Source: a virus. From it: a stretch of 46,502 bases of DNA. The translations under genes and the position numbers were made by a program. Under the pieces are notes generated by a model, which saw only the letters and a program-made list of their open reading frames with translations, was not told where the DNA came from and searched no databases. The stretch is taken from positions 1 through 46,502 of the IMG/VR virus record IMGVR_UViG_3300033148_000641; one strand, 5' to 3'. Positions 1 to 7,389 of this stretch are shown here, in pieces (positions within the stretch are counted from its first letter, which is position 1; every line of letters starts with the position of its first letter).

Positions 1-114
1 AAGGAATTTGGTATTGCCCGATTGGATATTGACCACATAGATATAATCGAAGTTGCACCATTAAGTACGAATCTTAAAATCTATGGCGGTCGCATTCATT
101 GTCCTAAAATGAAA
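1..114. repeat. Terminal overlap copy A: identical to 46389..46502 (circular or permuted assembly overlap; unit length 46388 bp)
   Basis: Direct comparison of the first and last 114 nt of the window. The repeat lies inside the DNA polymerase reading frame. Confidence 0.95.
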
Positions 115-1575
115 GACTTACCATTACCACCAGAAGCAACAATCAGAGACTTTGAATTACCCGAGATGCAGATGTATTGCGGTAATGATAACGAGGTCAC
201 ATGGTTAATAACCGAAGTCCTGATGGAAGCATTAGAACTACGTATTGCTATGGGAAAAGAATACGATGTTGACTTGCGTTCTAAGTCTGATGCTCAAATA
301 GCTGAAGTAGTTGTTAGACATGAGATGGACACCAAGTACAATATAAAACCAAAACGACCTAAGATAAAACAGGGTACGAAAGTCAGGTATAAAGCTCCTG
401 CTAATCTAAAGTTTGAAACTGAAGTGATGCAAGATATTTTTGAAGAATTCAAGAAGAGTATATTCGTAGTCGGTAAGTCAGGCCATATGGAATTCTTAGT
501 AACCGATTTTGAGCGTACCGAAGACGGTGAATTCAAACTAAATAAAAAGGGAGATAAGATACCCTATCATCCAATTAAAAATAAGAAGTTCAATATCGGG
601 AACACTACATATAAAGTCGGTATCGGAGGCTTACATAGTTGCGAGAAGAGCGCCGCTCATGTAGCTGGTAAATATCTCGTTAAAGAATATGACGTCGCTG
701 CGTTCTATCCCAGAATCATATTGAACAATAAATTAGCCCCTAAACATTTAGGCAAGCCGTTCCTGGAAATATTTGAATCTATTGTTAATCGAAGAATAAA
801 AGCCAAGAAAGCAGGTGATACAGTTGTCAATGAGAGTTTGAAAATTACCATCAACGGAACATTCGGCAAGCTAGGTTCTAAGTGGTCATTCCTATACGCT
901 CCGGACTTAATGCTTCAAGTCACCATAACCGGTCAGCTGTCATTATTAATGCTGATAGAACGGCTAGAGCTTGCCGGTGTACCGATAGTAAGCGGTAACA
1001 CTGACGGTATTGTCGCTAAAATATTACCAGAGCAGGAGCAGCTAGTTAAGGACATTGTCAGTGACTGGGAATTCGACACTGAGTATGAAATGGAAGAAAC
1101 TGAATATCTAGGTTTATACAGTCGTGATGTCAATAACTATATTGCTGTTAAAAAGAAAGGAGGAACTAAAGGTAAAGGAGCCTATGCTGATCCTCGTGAA
1201 AAAGCTAACCGATTGAAAATAAACCCATCTAATGAAATATGTGTAGACGCGGTCAGGGGCTTTTTAGAGAAGCAAATCCCTATTGAGAAAACAATAAGAG
1301 AATGCACAGATCCTAGCAAATTTGTAACCATAAGAACCGTGAATGGCGGTGCAGTTTATGAAGAAGAGAATCTAGGAAAAGCAATAAGATGGTATTATGG
1401 TAAACACGAACTGGATATGATCCGGTACAAAACTAGCGGGAACAAAGTACCAAGATCTGACGGAGCTGTACCGATGATGGATTTACCAAATGAAGTTCCT
1501 GATGATATGGATTTTGATTGGTACATCACTGAGTCAAAAGATATTCTCAAGAAGATAGGTTACGACAAATTGTAG
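1..1575 (+). CDS. DNA polymerase, family B-like, 3' part (continues from 46095..46388; whole gene 622 codons)
   Basis: Open from base 1 in the frame of ORF 22..1575. Motifs: YCGNDNEV (ExoIII-like), DVAAFYPRII (motif A, DxxSLYPS-like), KITINGTFGKLG (motif B, KxxxNSxYG-like), SGNTDGIV (motif C, DTDS-like). Confidence 0.85.
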   Translation, partial: KEFGIARLDIDHIDIIEVAPLSTNLKIYGGRIHCPKMKDLPLPPEATIRDFELPEMQMYCGNDNEVTWLITEVLMEALELRIAMGKEYDVDLRSKSDAQIAEVVVRHEMDTKYNIKPKRPKIKQGTKVRYKAPANLKFETEVMQDIFEEFKKSIFVVGKSGHMEFLVTDFERTEDGEFKLNKKGDKIPYHPIKNKKFNIGNTTYKVGIGGLHSCEKSAAHVAGKYLVKEYDVAAFYPRIILNNKLAPKHLGKPFLEIFESIVNRRIKAKKAGDTVVNESLKITINGTFGKLGSKWSFLYAPDLMLQVTITGQLSLLMLIERLELAGVPIVSGNTDGIVAKILPEQEQLVKDIVSDWEFDTEYEMEETEYLGLYSRDVNNYIAVKKKGGTKGKGAYADPREKANRLKINPSNEICVDAVRGFLEKQIPIEKTIRECTDPSKFVTIRTVNGGAVYEEENLGKAIRWYYGKHELDMIRYKTSGNKVPRSDGAVPMMDLPNEVPDDMDFDWYITESKDILKKIGYDKL

Positions 1576-1586
1576 TAATTTATTTT

Positions 1587-1626
1587 ATGTAAAAGGGTTT
1601 ACATTTTAATACAAATGTAAGACAAT
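1587..1626 (+). promoter_or_regulatory. Two mutually exclusive A/T-rich hairpins plus candidate promoter TTTACA-N17-GACAAT
   Basis: ATGTAAA (1587..1593) pairs with TTTACAT (1598..1604) and is followed by TTTT. Alternatively TTACATTT (1599..1606) pairs with AAATGTAA (1613..1620). Candidate -35 at 1598..1603 and -10 at 1621..1626. Confidence 0.4.
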
Positions 1627-1674
1627 ATCTACTCTAGCAACTTTGCTATTATTTTAACTGACCGGAGAAATACA

Positions 1675-2001
1675 ATGGGTACATCTACTCAAGACGAACT
1701 GAAGAAAGTTCGTGAGGAAAAGAAAGCGCTGAATGAAAAGCAAAAAGCTCTTCAGGAAAAGGCGAATGAAGGTAAGGCAGAACGTACTGAAGCTCGTAAG
1801 GCTCAAGCGACTGCTCGTAAAGCAGTACGTGAACAAAAAGCTGAACTTCGTGAACTGTCTGCCAAGATCTATACCGCCTTTTCCAGTGGTAAGGCTGAAG
1901 CTATCGATAAGGTAGCGGATGAGATCATGGAAGCTTCTGCTGAACTGGCAGGTAGTGTTCGTGCATTCGGCGCTGCTGCTAAGACTCTTGCTGACCTTTA
2001 A
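1675..2001 (+). CDS. Small Lys/Ala/Glu-rich coiled-coil protein, unknown function
   Basis: 108-aa ORF with GGAGA RBS 8 nt upstream. CGT/GCT/GAA-biased codons. Own candidate promoter and a strong terminator. Confidence 0.7.
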   Translation: MGTSTQDELKKVREEKKALNEKQKALQEKANEGKAERTEARKAQATARKAVREQKAELRELSAKIYTAFSSGKAEAIDKVADEIMEASAELAGSVRAFGAAAKTLADL

Positions 2002-2027
2002 GGTTAACTGAGTTTTACAATCGGAAA

Positions 2028-2056
2028 GGGGCTGGTGATTCACTAGCCCCTTTTTT
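2028..2056 (+). terminator. Rho-independent terminator
   Basis: GGGGCTGGTG-att-CACTAGCCCC: a 10-bp stem (one G-U pair) followed by TTTTTT. Confidence 0.85.
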
Positions 2057-2060
2057 ATTT

Positions 2061-2405
2061 ATGGGCGCTGAAGACTTCATATCACGAGCTGAAAAAACTA
2101 TAGCTAAAAAAGCTGAGATAGCTGAAATAGATATAGAAGACCATTATGTCAAACACGCTAAGAACAAAGGCTGCAAAGCGCTCAAGTTAATATTCCTCAA
2201 TAGAAAAGGCTTTCCAGACAGAACAACTGTTTGTCCAGGAGGGAGAGTCTTTTTCATTGAGTTTAAAAAGAAGGATAAGAAACCTTCACCAGCTCAAGTT
2301 ATAGTTAGAAGGATGCTAAAGAGATTTGGTTTTGAATATTATGTATGTGATGTAATAGGTCAAGCAGAAAAACACTTAAACAGATTCTTGGAGAACACAT
2401 TATGA
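2061..2405 (+). CDS. VRR-NUC domain nuclease
   Basis: GFPDRTTVCPGGRVFFIEFKKKDKKPSPAQ matches the PD-(D/E)xK signature (D...ExK) of VRR-NUC. Typical position next to an SNF2 helicase. Confidence 0.7.
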   Translation: MGAEDFISRAEKTIAKKAEIAEIDIEDHYVKHAKNKGCKALKLIFLNRKGFPDRTTVCPGGRVFFIEFKKKDKKPSPAQVIVRRMLKRFGFEYYVCDVIGQAEKHLNRFLENTL

Positions 2406-2818
2406 TGAATTTAAAGAACCGTTCAGTATTACATAAGGTAGCTGATGAAGTACCTCACAACACTAGCGTAGAACTATTACTCCATGCTATGTGGGCTAAT
2501 ATGGATAAAGGTAAAGGGATCGGTCTAGCTGCTCCTCAAATCGGTGAAAGTAAGCGGGTAATAATTATGGACACCGGAGTCATAACCATACAGATAATTA
2601 ATCCGATCATTACTAGACGTAACTTAGGTAAAGTCGTTAGCGAAGAGGGCTGTCTCAGTTTTCCCGGACTTCGTGTAAAGATGGCAAGGTATAAGCAGAT
2701 TGTCGTTGAAGGTTTTAATCCGGATTGGAAACCAGTCAAATATAAGTTACGTGGATTAGACGCATATGTAATCCAGCATGAGATAGATCATCTTAATGGT
2801 AAGACTATAGCTGACTGA
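2402..2818 (+). CDS. def: Peptide deformylase
   Basis: All three PDF motifs are present: GIGLAAPQIG, EGCLSFPG, HEIDHLNG. ATGA start/stop overlap with the upstream gene. Confidence 0.9.
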   Translation: MMNLKNRSVLHKVADEVPHNTSVELLLHAMWANMDKGKGIGLAAPQIGESKRVIIMDTGVITIQIINPIITRRNLGKVVSEEGCLSFPGLRVKMARYKQIVVEGFNPDWKPVKYKLRGLDAYVIQHEIDHLNGKTIAD

Positions 2819-4251
2819 TGAAAAAGTGGACGCCACATAATTATCAGCTGACCGCTCTTTCATTCCTGCTAACCAATCCTAGGTCGGGCTTATTCTTAGA
2901 CCCAGGACTAGGTAAAACATCCACCAGCCTTGCGGCAATAAAAATCTTAAAGTACGCTCAGCGGACAAGAGGGGTACTGATGGTGGCTCCGTTGAGGGTA
3001 GCGTATTCTGTATGGCCTAGGGAAATCCGCAAGTGGTCAAATTTCCAATGTCTTTCCCATACCATACTTCATGAAAACACCAAGAACACCTTATGGGGTG
3101 AGCACAAGGATATCTATCTGATTAATCCTGAGGGGCTTGAGTGGCTGCATACGGAATTATTAAAAGGTTTAAGAGCCGGTAAGAAATGCCCCTTCAATAC
3201 CTTATGGGTCGATGAGAGTACCAAGTTTAAAACGTATGGTTCCAACCGATTTGAATATATCAATAATATGTTACCGCTGTTTAATCGCAGACACATTATG
3301 ACAGGTACTCCCGCACCTAAAGGTCTTCTTGATTTATGGTCGCAGATTTACATATTAGATGAAGGCGAGACGTTAGGGGTAAACTACCATGAGTTTCGTA
3401 GAAAACATTTTGAAACAAATGATTGGAACAAATACGCATGGAAGATAAAAGATTTCGCTGAAGATATTATCCATAAATTAGTCGCACCATTAGTATTGGA
3501 AATGGCTGCTGAAGACTATCTAGATATCCCCAAACTGTCCTATAATGATATCATGGTGCAGTTACCGACTAAAGCGATGAAACATTACAAGCGAATGGAA
3601 AAGGAATTCTTTATAGAGCTTGACGGTTTAGAAGCTTCTGCTGAGGCGGCTGCTCAGGTTAGTATGAAATGTCATCAGATAGCCAATGGTAATGTCTACG
3701 AGGATATCCCTGAAGGTCTTGATGAGGATGAGGAGAAGCTATTTAGAAAGACTCGTAAGGTTATACCAGTGCATAAAGCTAAATTAGAAGCCCTGCAAGA
3801 TCTTATAGATGAGCTCAATGGTAAACCATTATTAATAGCTTATAAGTTTAAACATGACTTAGCCGCTATCCGTAGTATCTTAGGGGATGATGTTCCTCAT
3901 ATTGGTAGCGGTGTTTCCATGGCTAAATCTGAACAATTAGAAGATGATTGGAACGCTGGGAAATTAGATTATCTTGTATGCCATCCGTCCAGTGTAGCTC
4001 ATGGTTTGAATTTTCAAGAGGGCGGTCATGATGTTTGTTGGTACAGCCTGACATGGAGTCTAGAGGATTATATCCAACTTATAAAGCGGTTACATAGACA
4101 AGGGGTTAAGGCCGCTGTTAGATGTCATCACCTGATAGCTGAGGGGACAATTGACGAGGCTATATTGCTCCGGTTAGGCGAACATGCTAAAGAGCAACAA
4201 GACCTCAGGGACGCTATAAAGAAATATAGAATGCAATTACTTCCAGCATAA
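2818..4251 (+). CDS. SNF2/DEAD-like helicase
   Basis: Walker A DPGLGKTS, DExx box WVDESTKF, and a C-terminal helicase domain (HPSSVAHGLNFQ). 477 aa. Confidence 0.85.
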   Translation: MKKWTPHNYQLTALSFLLTNPRSGLFLDPGLGKTSTSLAAIKILKYAQRTRGVLMVAPLRVAYSVWPREIRKWSNFQCLSHTILHENTKNTLWGEHKDIYLINPEGLEWLHTELLKGLRAGKKCPFNTLWVDESTKFKTYGSNRFEYINNMLPLFNRRHIMTGTPAPKGLLDLWSQIYILDEGETLGVNYHEFRRKHFETNDWNKYAWKIKDFAEDIIHKLVAPLVLEMAAEDYLDIPKLSYNDIMVQLPTKAMKHYKRMEKEFFIELDGLEASAEAAAQVSMKCHQIANGNVYEDIPEGLDEDEEKLFRKTRKVIPVHKAKLEALQDLIDELNGKPLLIAYKFKHDLAAIRSILGDDVPHIGSGVSMAKSEQLEDDWNAGKLDYLVCHPSSVAHGLNFQEGGHDVCWYSLTWSLEDYIQLIKRLHRQGVKAAVRCHHLIAEGTIDEAILLRLGEHAKEQQDLRDAIKKYRMQLLPA

Positions 4252-4593
4252 CTTACGAGCTTCAGCTCTATCGGCTAATAGTCTCGCATCAAATTCATCG
4301 CGCTTAAGAATATACCCTGCGATATCAGTGGAACCTTTTACGGGCTTAGGTATCTCAAGATCCACCATTAGAGGGGCGGGTAGAACGCATCCTAAGTTTG
4401 TCAATTTCGCTTGCTCTGCGTCTTGCTTCATCCAGGATTTGTAATGACCCTCTATTGCGTTCAGCACGACAATCAGCAGAACCGCTTTGATCAATAGTTC
4501 TAATGTGCTGTTCCGATTCAGCAAGAACTTTATCCAGCTCCCTATTAATTGCCACACGCTCTGTAGCTGCTCCGAACTCTCTTTTTCGCTCAT
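4237..4593 (-). CDS. Out-of-frame ORF overlapping the 3' half of the i-spanin gene and extending 118 nt beyond it (Rz1-like position; start uncertain, ATG at 4431 possible)
   Basis: It is the only open frame covering 4237..4354. Contains LGC followed by the Pro-rich VLPAPLMVDLEIPKP. There is no canonical lipobox or hydrophobic signal directly upstream of the Cys. Confidence 0.35.
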   Translation of the reverse strand: MSEKESSEQLQSVWQLIGSWIKFLLNRNSTLELLIKAVLLIVVLNAIEGHYKSWMKQDAEQAKLTNLGCVLPAPLMVDLEIPKPVKGSTDIAGYILKRDEFDARLLADRAEARKLCWK

Positions 4594-4729
4594 CTTGTTC
4601 CTCCAATTTACAATTCTTTGAAATAGCTAGTAGTTGTTTATTCTCAGCTCGCAATTCACCATTGGAATTGAACTGCCAAAAATTAGTGATTAATGAAACA
4701 ACTAATAGGATACCTGTGAAGATATCCAT
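4355..4729 (-). CDS. i-spanin-like protein (N-terminal TM plus coiled coil)
   Basis: IFTGILLVVSLITNFWQF TM segment followed by a charged helical region. T-rich third codon positions continue through the overlap. TAATG coupling to the upstream gene. Confidence 0.6.
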   Translation of the reverse strand: MDIFTGILLVVSLITNFWQFNSNGELRAENKQLLAISKNCKLEEQDERKREFGAATERVAINRELDKVLAESEQHIRTIDQSGSADCRAERNRGSLQILDEARRRASEIDKLRMRSTRPSNGGS

Positions 4730-4929
4730 TATTGATCCTTAGGATAATGAGCAGCTCGCCATTCACGACCAAGCCATACAGTAAGGATAAGACCTACTGA
4801 TTTAGCATAATCCAAAATAGGAATCGGGTCTTTACCAATATACTGAGAATACGCGAAAGCAACAGTGGCAATCACCCAAGATATAACAACTAGTTTGAAT
4901 GTAGATGACTCTCTTAGCTTATCAATCAT
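4729..4929 (-). CDS. Small two-TM membrane protein (holin/antiholin-like)
   Basis: 66 aa with two hydrophobic segments (LVVISWVIATVAFAY, VGLILTVWLG) and a charged C-terminus. ATGA overlap with the endolysin stop. Confidence 0.55.
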   Translation of the reverse strand: MIDKLRESSTFKLVVISWVIATVAFAYSQYIGKDPIPILDYAKSVGLILTVWLGREWRAAHYPKDQ

Positions 4930-5378
4930 TGTGCATATCTCCGATAGTTATCAATGAACTCATGTTCCTGACCTTTACCATTGGGGGTATTATAATGCTC
5001 TTTCCAATACGCGGCCAACCCTTCAACATTACTTGGTATAGATCCTGGTTTGCTGTAGTAATGGATACGGCACATTGCAACCGCATATTTCATATTCCAT
5101 ATCATCTCTTCAGCGTCCCTAGTAACAGTCATATCCCATAAAGCGTTAGAGATAGTATCTCTGTACTTTATGAAATGCTTCCATAAGCTATTATGAGTCG
5201 CTGTTTCCATTTGGCAAATACCCATAGCTGGTCCAGTTGGGAACTGTTTAATAAACTGACCCATCTGAGATTCTTGAGCGATAGTACCCGCTACGAGATC
5301 TTCAGCTTCTTGTGAATACATATCCAACTCAATAAGAGTCGGTCGTATAATTAACTCTCTGAGTTGAAAATTATTCAT
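4926..5378 (-). CDS. Endolysin, lytic transglycosylase (SLT-like)
   Basis: AQESQMG...GPAMGICQME resembles the E-S...G-x-M-Q SLT signature. The ATG at 5378 forms an ATGA overlap with the upstream stop; the track start at 5384 is TTG. Confidence 0.7.
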   Translation of the reverse strand: MNNFQLRELIIRPTLIELDMYSQEAEDLVAGTIAQESQMGQFIKQFPTGPAMGICQMETATHNSLWKHFIKYRDTISNALWDMTVTRDAEEMIWNMKYAVAMCRIHYYSKPGSIPSNVEGLAAYWKEHYNTPNGKGQEHEFIDNYRRYAQ

Positions 5379-5734
5379 CCGCAATGGTTTCCTGTTTTGT
5401 CAAAGCGATTAAGGAAAGTCCAACAAAACCAGTTACCGTTCCTGTCTCGCCAGTCTAGTTTGTGGTCATGTATATGGCGTTTCAATCTTGCAGTCATCAT
5501 CCATTCACCCCATCTTGGTAACTCTAAGAATAGAATCGTGCCCCAAGTCAGGTTGAATAAGAAATCAGATGCAACACCGATAACTATGATTGGAGCTGCA
5601 AATATCTTAGCAATCAAAGGGAGATTATCCCATTCACGCTGGAGACTCATTATAGCAATATAGAATACCCATGTGAACGGGAGCAAGAGGATAAGACCCC
5701 CTACACTCCATCCGATTGTAACTAGTGAAATCAC
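5375..5734 (-). CDS. Three-TM membrane protein, holin candidate
   Basis: Three hydrophobic segments in the first ~75 aa. First gene of the translationally coupled lysis cassette. GTG start in a TAGTG overlap. Confidence 0.45.
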   Translation of the reverse strand: MISLVTIGWSVGGLILLLPFTWVFYIAIMSLQREWDNLPLIAKIFAAPIIVIGVASDFLFNLTWGTILFLELPRWGEWMMTARLKRHIHDHKLDWRDRNGNWFCWTFLNRFDKTGNHCG

Positions 5735-6195
5735 TAGAGCGTACCAGCAGCCACTTCAGCAGCTTCGATAGCGGCTACGTCATTTGCAGCTACAGCGTCT
5801 TCGATGGAAGTTTGCACATCTGCATTATCACCAAGGATAGCAAGCTTCGCTTCTTTGATTGCTGTCTTTCGTGATGCAGTAACAGAAGCGAAATTTTGCT
5901 CTTTGTCGAGTGGAGCAAGTTGTTCTTCACGCTTGGTACGACGACGACCATGAGCGATATCACCAGCTTTACCAGCGTTAATACCTACGGTGTTTCCTTC
6001 ATTGGAATCATCCCATGCGCCACGGTAGTTGCGATTAGCAGGAAGGTCATCAGTAGTACATTGACGCACACCAGTAGCATCGGCTGGTACATCTTTCTGC
6101 ATAATCTCTGCTAGTGAGAGAGGACAGTTAGGAGCAGGAATGATAACGCCTACTGAGCCATCAGGGTTTGTGAATACGATACGTTGATTTGACAT
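5734..6195 (-). CDS. Hypothetical protein (position compatible with a fibre assembly/accessory protein)
   Basis: 153-aa ORF with AGGAGA RBS, located between the fibre-associated paralogs and the lysis cassette. No motif recognised. Confidence 0.5.
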   Translation of the reverse strand: MSNQRIVFTNPDGSVGVIIPAPNCPLSLAEIMQKDVPADATGVRQCTTDDLPANRNYRGAWDDSNEGNTVGINAGKAGDIAHGRRRTKREEQLAPLDKEQNFASVTASRKTAIKEAKLAILGDNADVQTSIEDAVAANDVAAIEAAEVAAGTL

Positions 6196-6241
6196 TTTAA
6201 GTTCTCCTTATGAGAGGTTGTTTATAAAATTAATTAATTAA

Positions 6242-6616
6242 TTAGTTAGCGAATACTACTGAACTTATATCATCACCATCATTACCAACACCACCTGATG
6301 ACTCTCTAGTTACCGTATGACTACCGACCAAAGTGGATGTTGCTCCGGTAGCATAATTTATAGCCGAACCAGAGGCAGTGGCCCCACTCGCTACCGCTGC
6401 ATAATTTCCGTCAAGCATTGCGTCAGTGTAGTTAATATCCCACACACCTGTACCCACATCGGTAATGCTAGAGACATTAAAGCTCCCATTAATAGACACA
6501 CCGGCAGAGCTATCAAAATTCACCCACGCCTTAGCACTACCCGCAATCACGGTTTCTGTTGGAACCTCTAGCGTATCATCCTTATTGGAGATATTGTCTG
6601 CTGAAATTTTACTCAT
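6242..6616 (-). CDS. Fibre-associated small protein, paralog 3 of 3
   Basis: Shares AKAWVNF...G...I..SFNVSSITD.G.G......T.AM...Y with 6629..6994 and 7010..7378. AGGAGA RBS. Confidence 0.7.
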   Translation of the reverse strand: MSKISADNISNKDDTLEVPTETVIAGSAKAWVNFDSSAGVSINGSFNVSSITDVGTGVWDINYTDAMLDGNYAAVASGATASGSAINYATGATSTLVGSHTVTRESSGGVGNDGDDISSVVFAN

Positions 6617-6628
6617 TTTGTTATCTCC

Positions 6629-6994
6629 TTAGTTTGAGAACACTTGCACATTTACTATATCAGGATCTACCGCGCTGGAATGCCTTATTTTAAACCCTGA
6701 TGAACTTCGTTGCCCTGTTACATCATAAGGAAAATCGGCGGTCAATGAACTTGTCAAACTCACGCTATAAGTGGCTGCAGACATGTTGTTTGTAAAATTA
6801 ATATTATAGTCACCTACATTATTATCAGTAATGCTTGATACATTAAAACCCTCTCTAATAGCGACTGTACCTGTACCATCAAAATTAACCCACGCTCTAC
6901 AAAGTTGCCCAATTTCATCACCACCTGACTCTTTAAAGATAGGAGGTGTGTTTACAGTCTTGGACTGGACTGCTGTTGTTACTATTGAACTCAT
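6629..6994 (-). CDS. Fibre-associated small protein, paralog 2 of 3
   Basis: CRAWVNFDGTGTVAIREGFNVSSITDNNVGDYNINFTNNMSAATYSV. AGGAGG RBS. Confidence 0.7.
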   Translation of the reverse strand: MSSIVTTAVQSKTVNTPPIFKESGGDEIGQLCRAWVNFDGTGTVAIREGFNVSSITDNNVGDYNINFTNNMSAATYSVSLTSSLTADFPYDVTGQRSSSGFKIRHSSAVDPDIVNVQVFSN

Positions 6995-7009
6995 AATTTA
7001 GTCCTCCTA

Positions 7010-7378
7010 TTAATTATCTAAAACGTGACAGTTAATCAAAGCTACGTCATTTAACGTGGACGCCGAAGTTGATTGGAAACCTGTTTTAATACCAAAACCA
7101 GAAACAGAATAACTCGCCACATTACATTGATAAGAAAATTCGGTAGCTACACTAGTTGCAAGATTACAATGTGAAACAACAGAATATGCTGCACTAACCA
7201 TATTATTTATAAAATTGACAATATAGTCACCGACACCATCATCAGTAATAGAACTAACATTAAATGAATCCCTGATAGTTACTGTGCCAGCACCGCTAAA
7301 ATTCACCCATGCTTTAGCCTGACCTGCTACAGCTTCAGCCGTATCAAAATCGTCACTACCCCTTAGTACACTTGACAT
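7010..7378 (-). CDS. Fibre-associated small protein, paralog 1 of 3
   Basis: AKAWVNFSGAGTVTIRDSFNVSSITDDGVGDYIVNFINNMVSAAYSV. The ATG at 7378 is preceded by AGGAGA and lies just after the fibre stop, so it is preferred over the 7405 start. Confidence 0.7.
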   Translation of the reverse strand: MSSVLRGSDDFDTAEAVAGQAKAWVNFSGAGTVTIRDSFNVSSITDDGVGDYIVNFINNMVSAAYSVVSHCNLATSVATEFSYQCNVASYSVSGFGIKTGFQSTSASTLNDVALINCHVLDN

Positions 7379-7389
7379 AAAATTCTCCT

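Noticed and set aside
1-114. Interpretation of the end repeat as a genuine direct terminal repeat or cos region
   Set aside because: The repeat sits in the middle of the DNA polymerase ORF and has no terminase-site-like features. A circular-assembly overlap is the simpler explanation (see the finding for how to test this).
1654-2043. 129-aa minus-strand ORF opposite the small coiled-coil gene
   Set aside because: It is antisense to 1675..2001 and runs through the rho-independent terminator stem. The plus-strand ORF has the RBS, promoter, terminator and the typical codon bias.
6229-6245. (TTAA)n microsatellite-like run between 5734..6195 and 6242..6616
   Set aside because: It is a short AT-rich spacer (ATTAATTAATTAATTAG) that provides stops in all frames. 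There is no evidence of function beyond that.
6242-7378. Diversity-generating retroelement targeting the triplicated genes
   Set aside because: There is no reverse transcriptase anywhere in the genome and no template/variable repeat pair with adenine-specific differences. The copies are diverged throughout.
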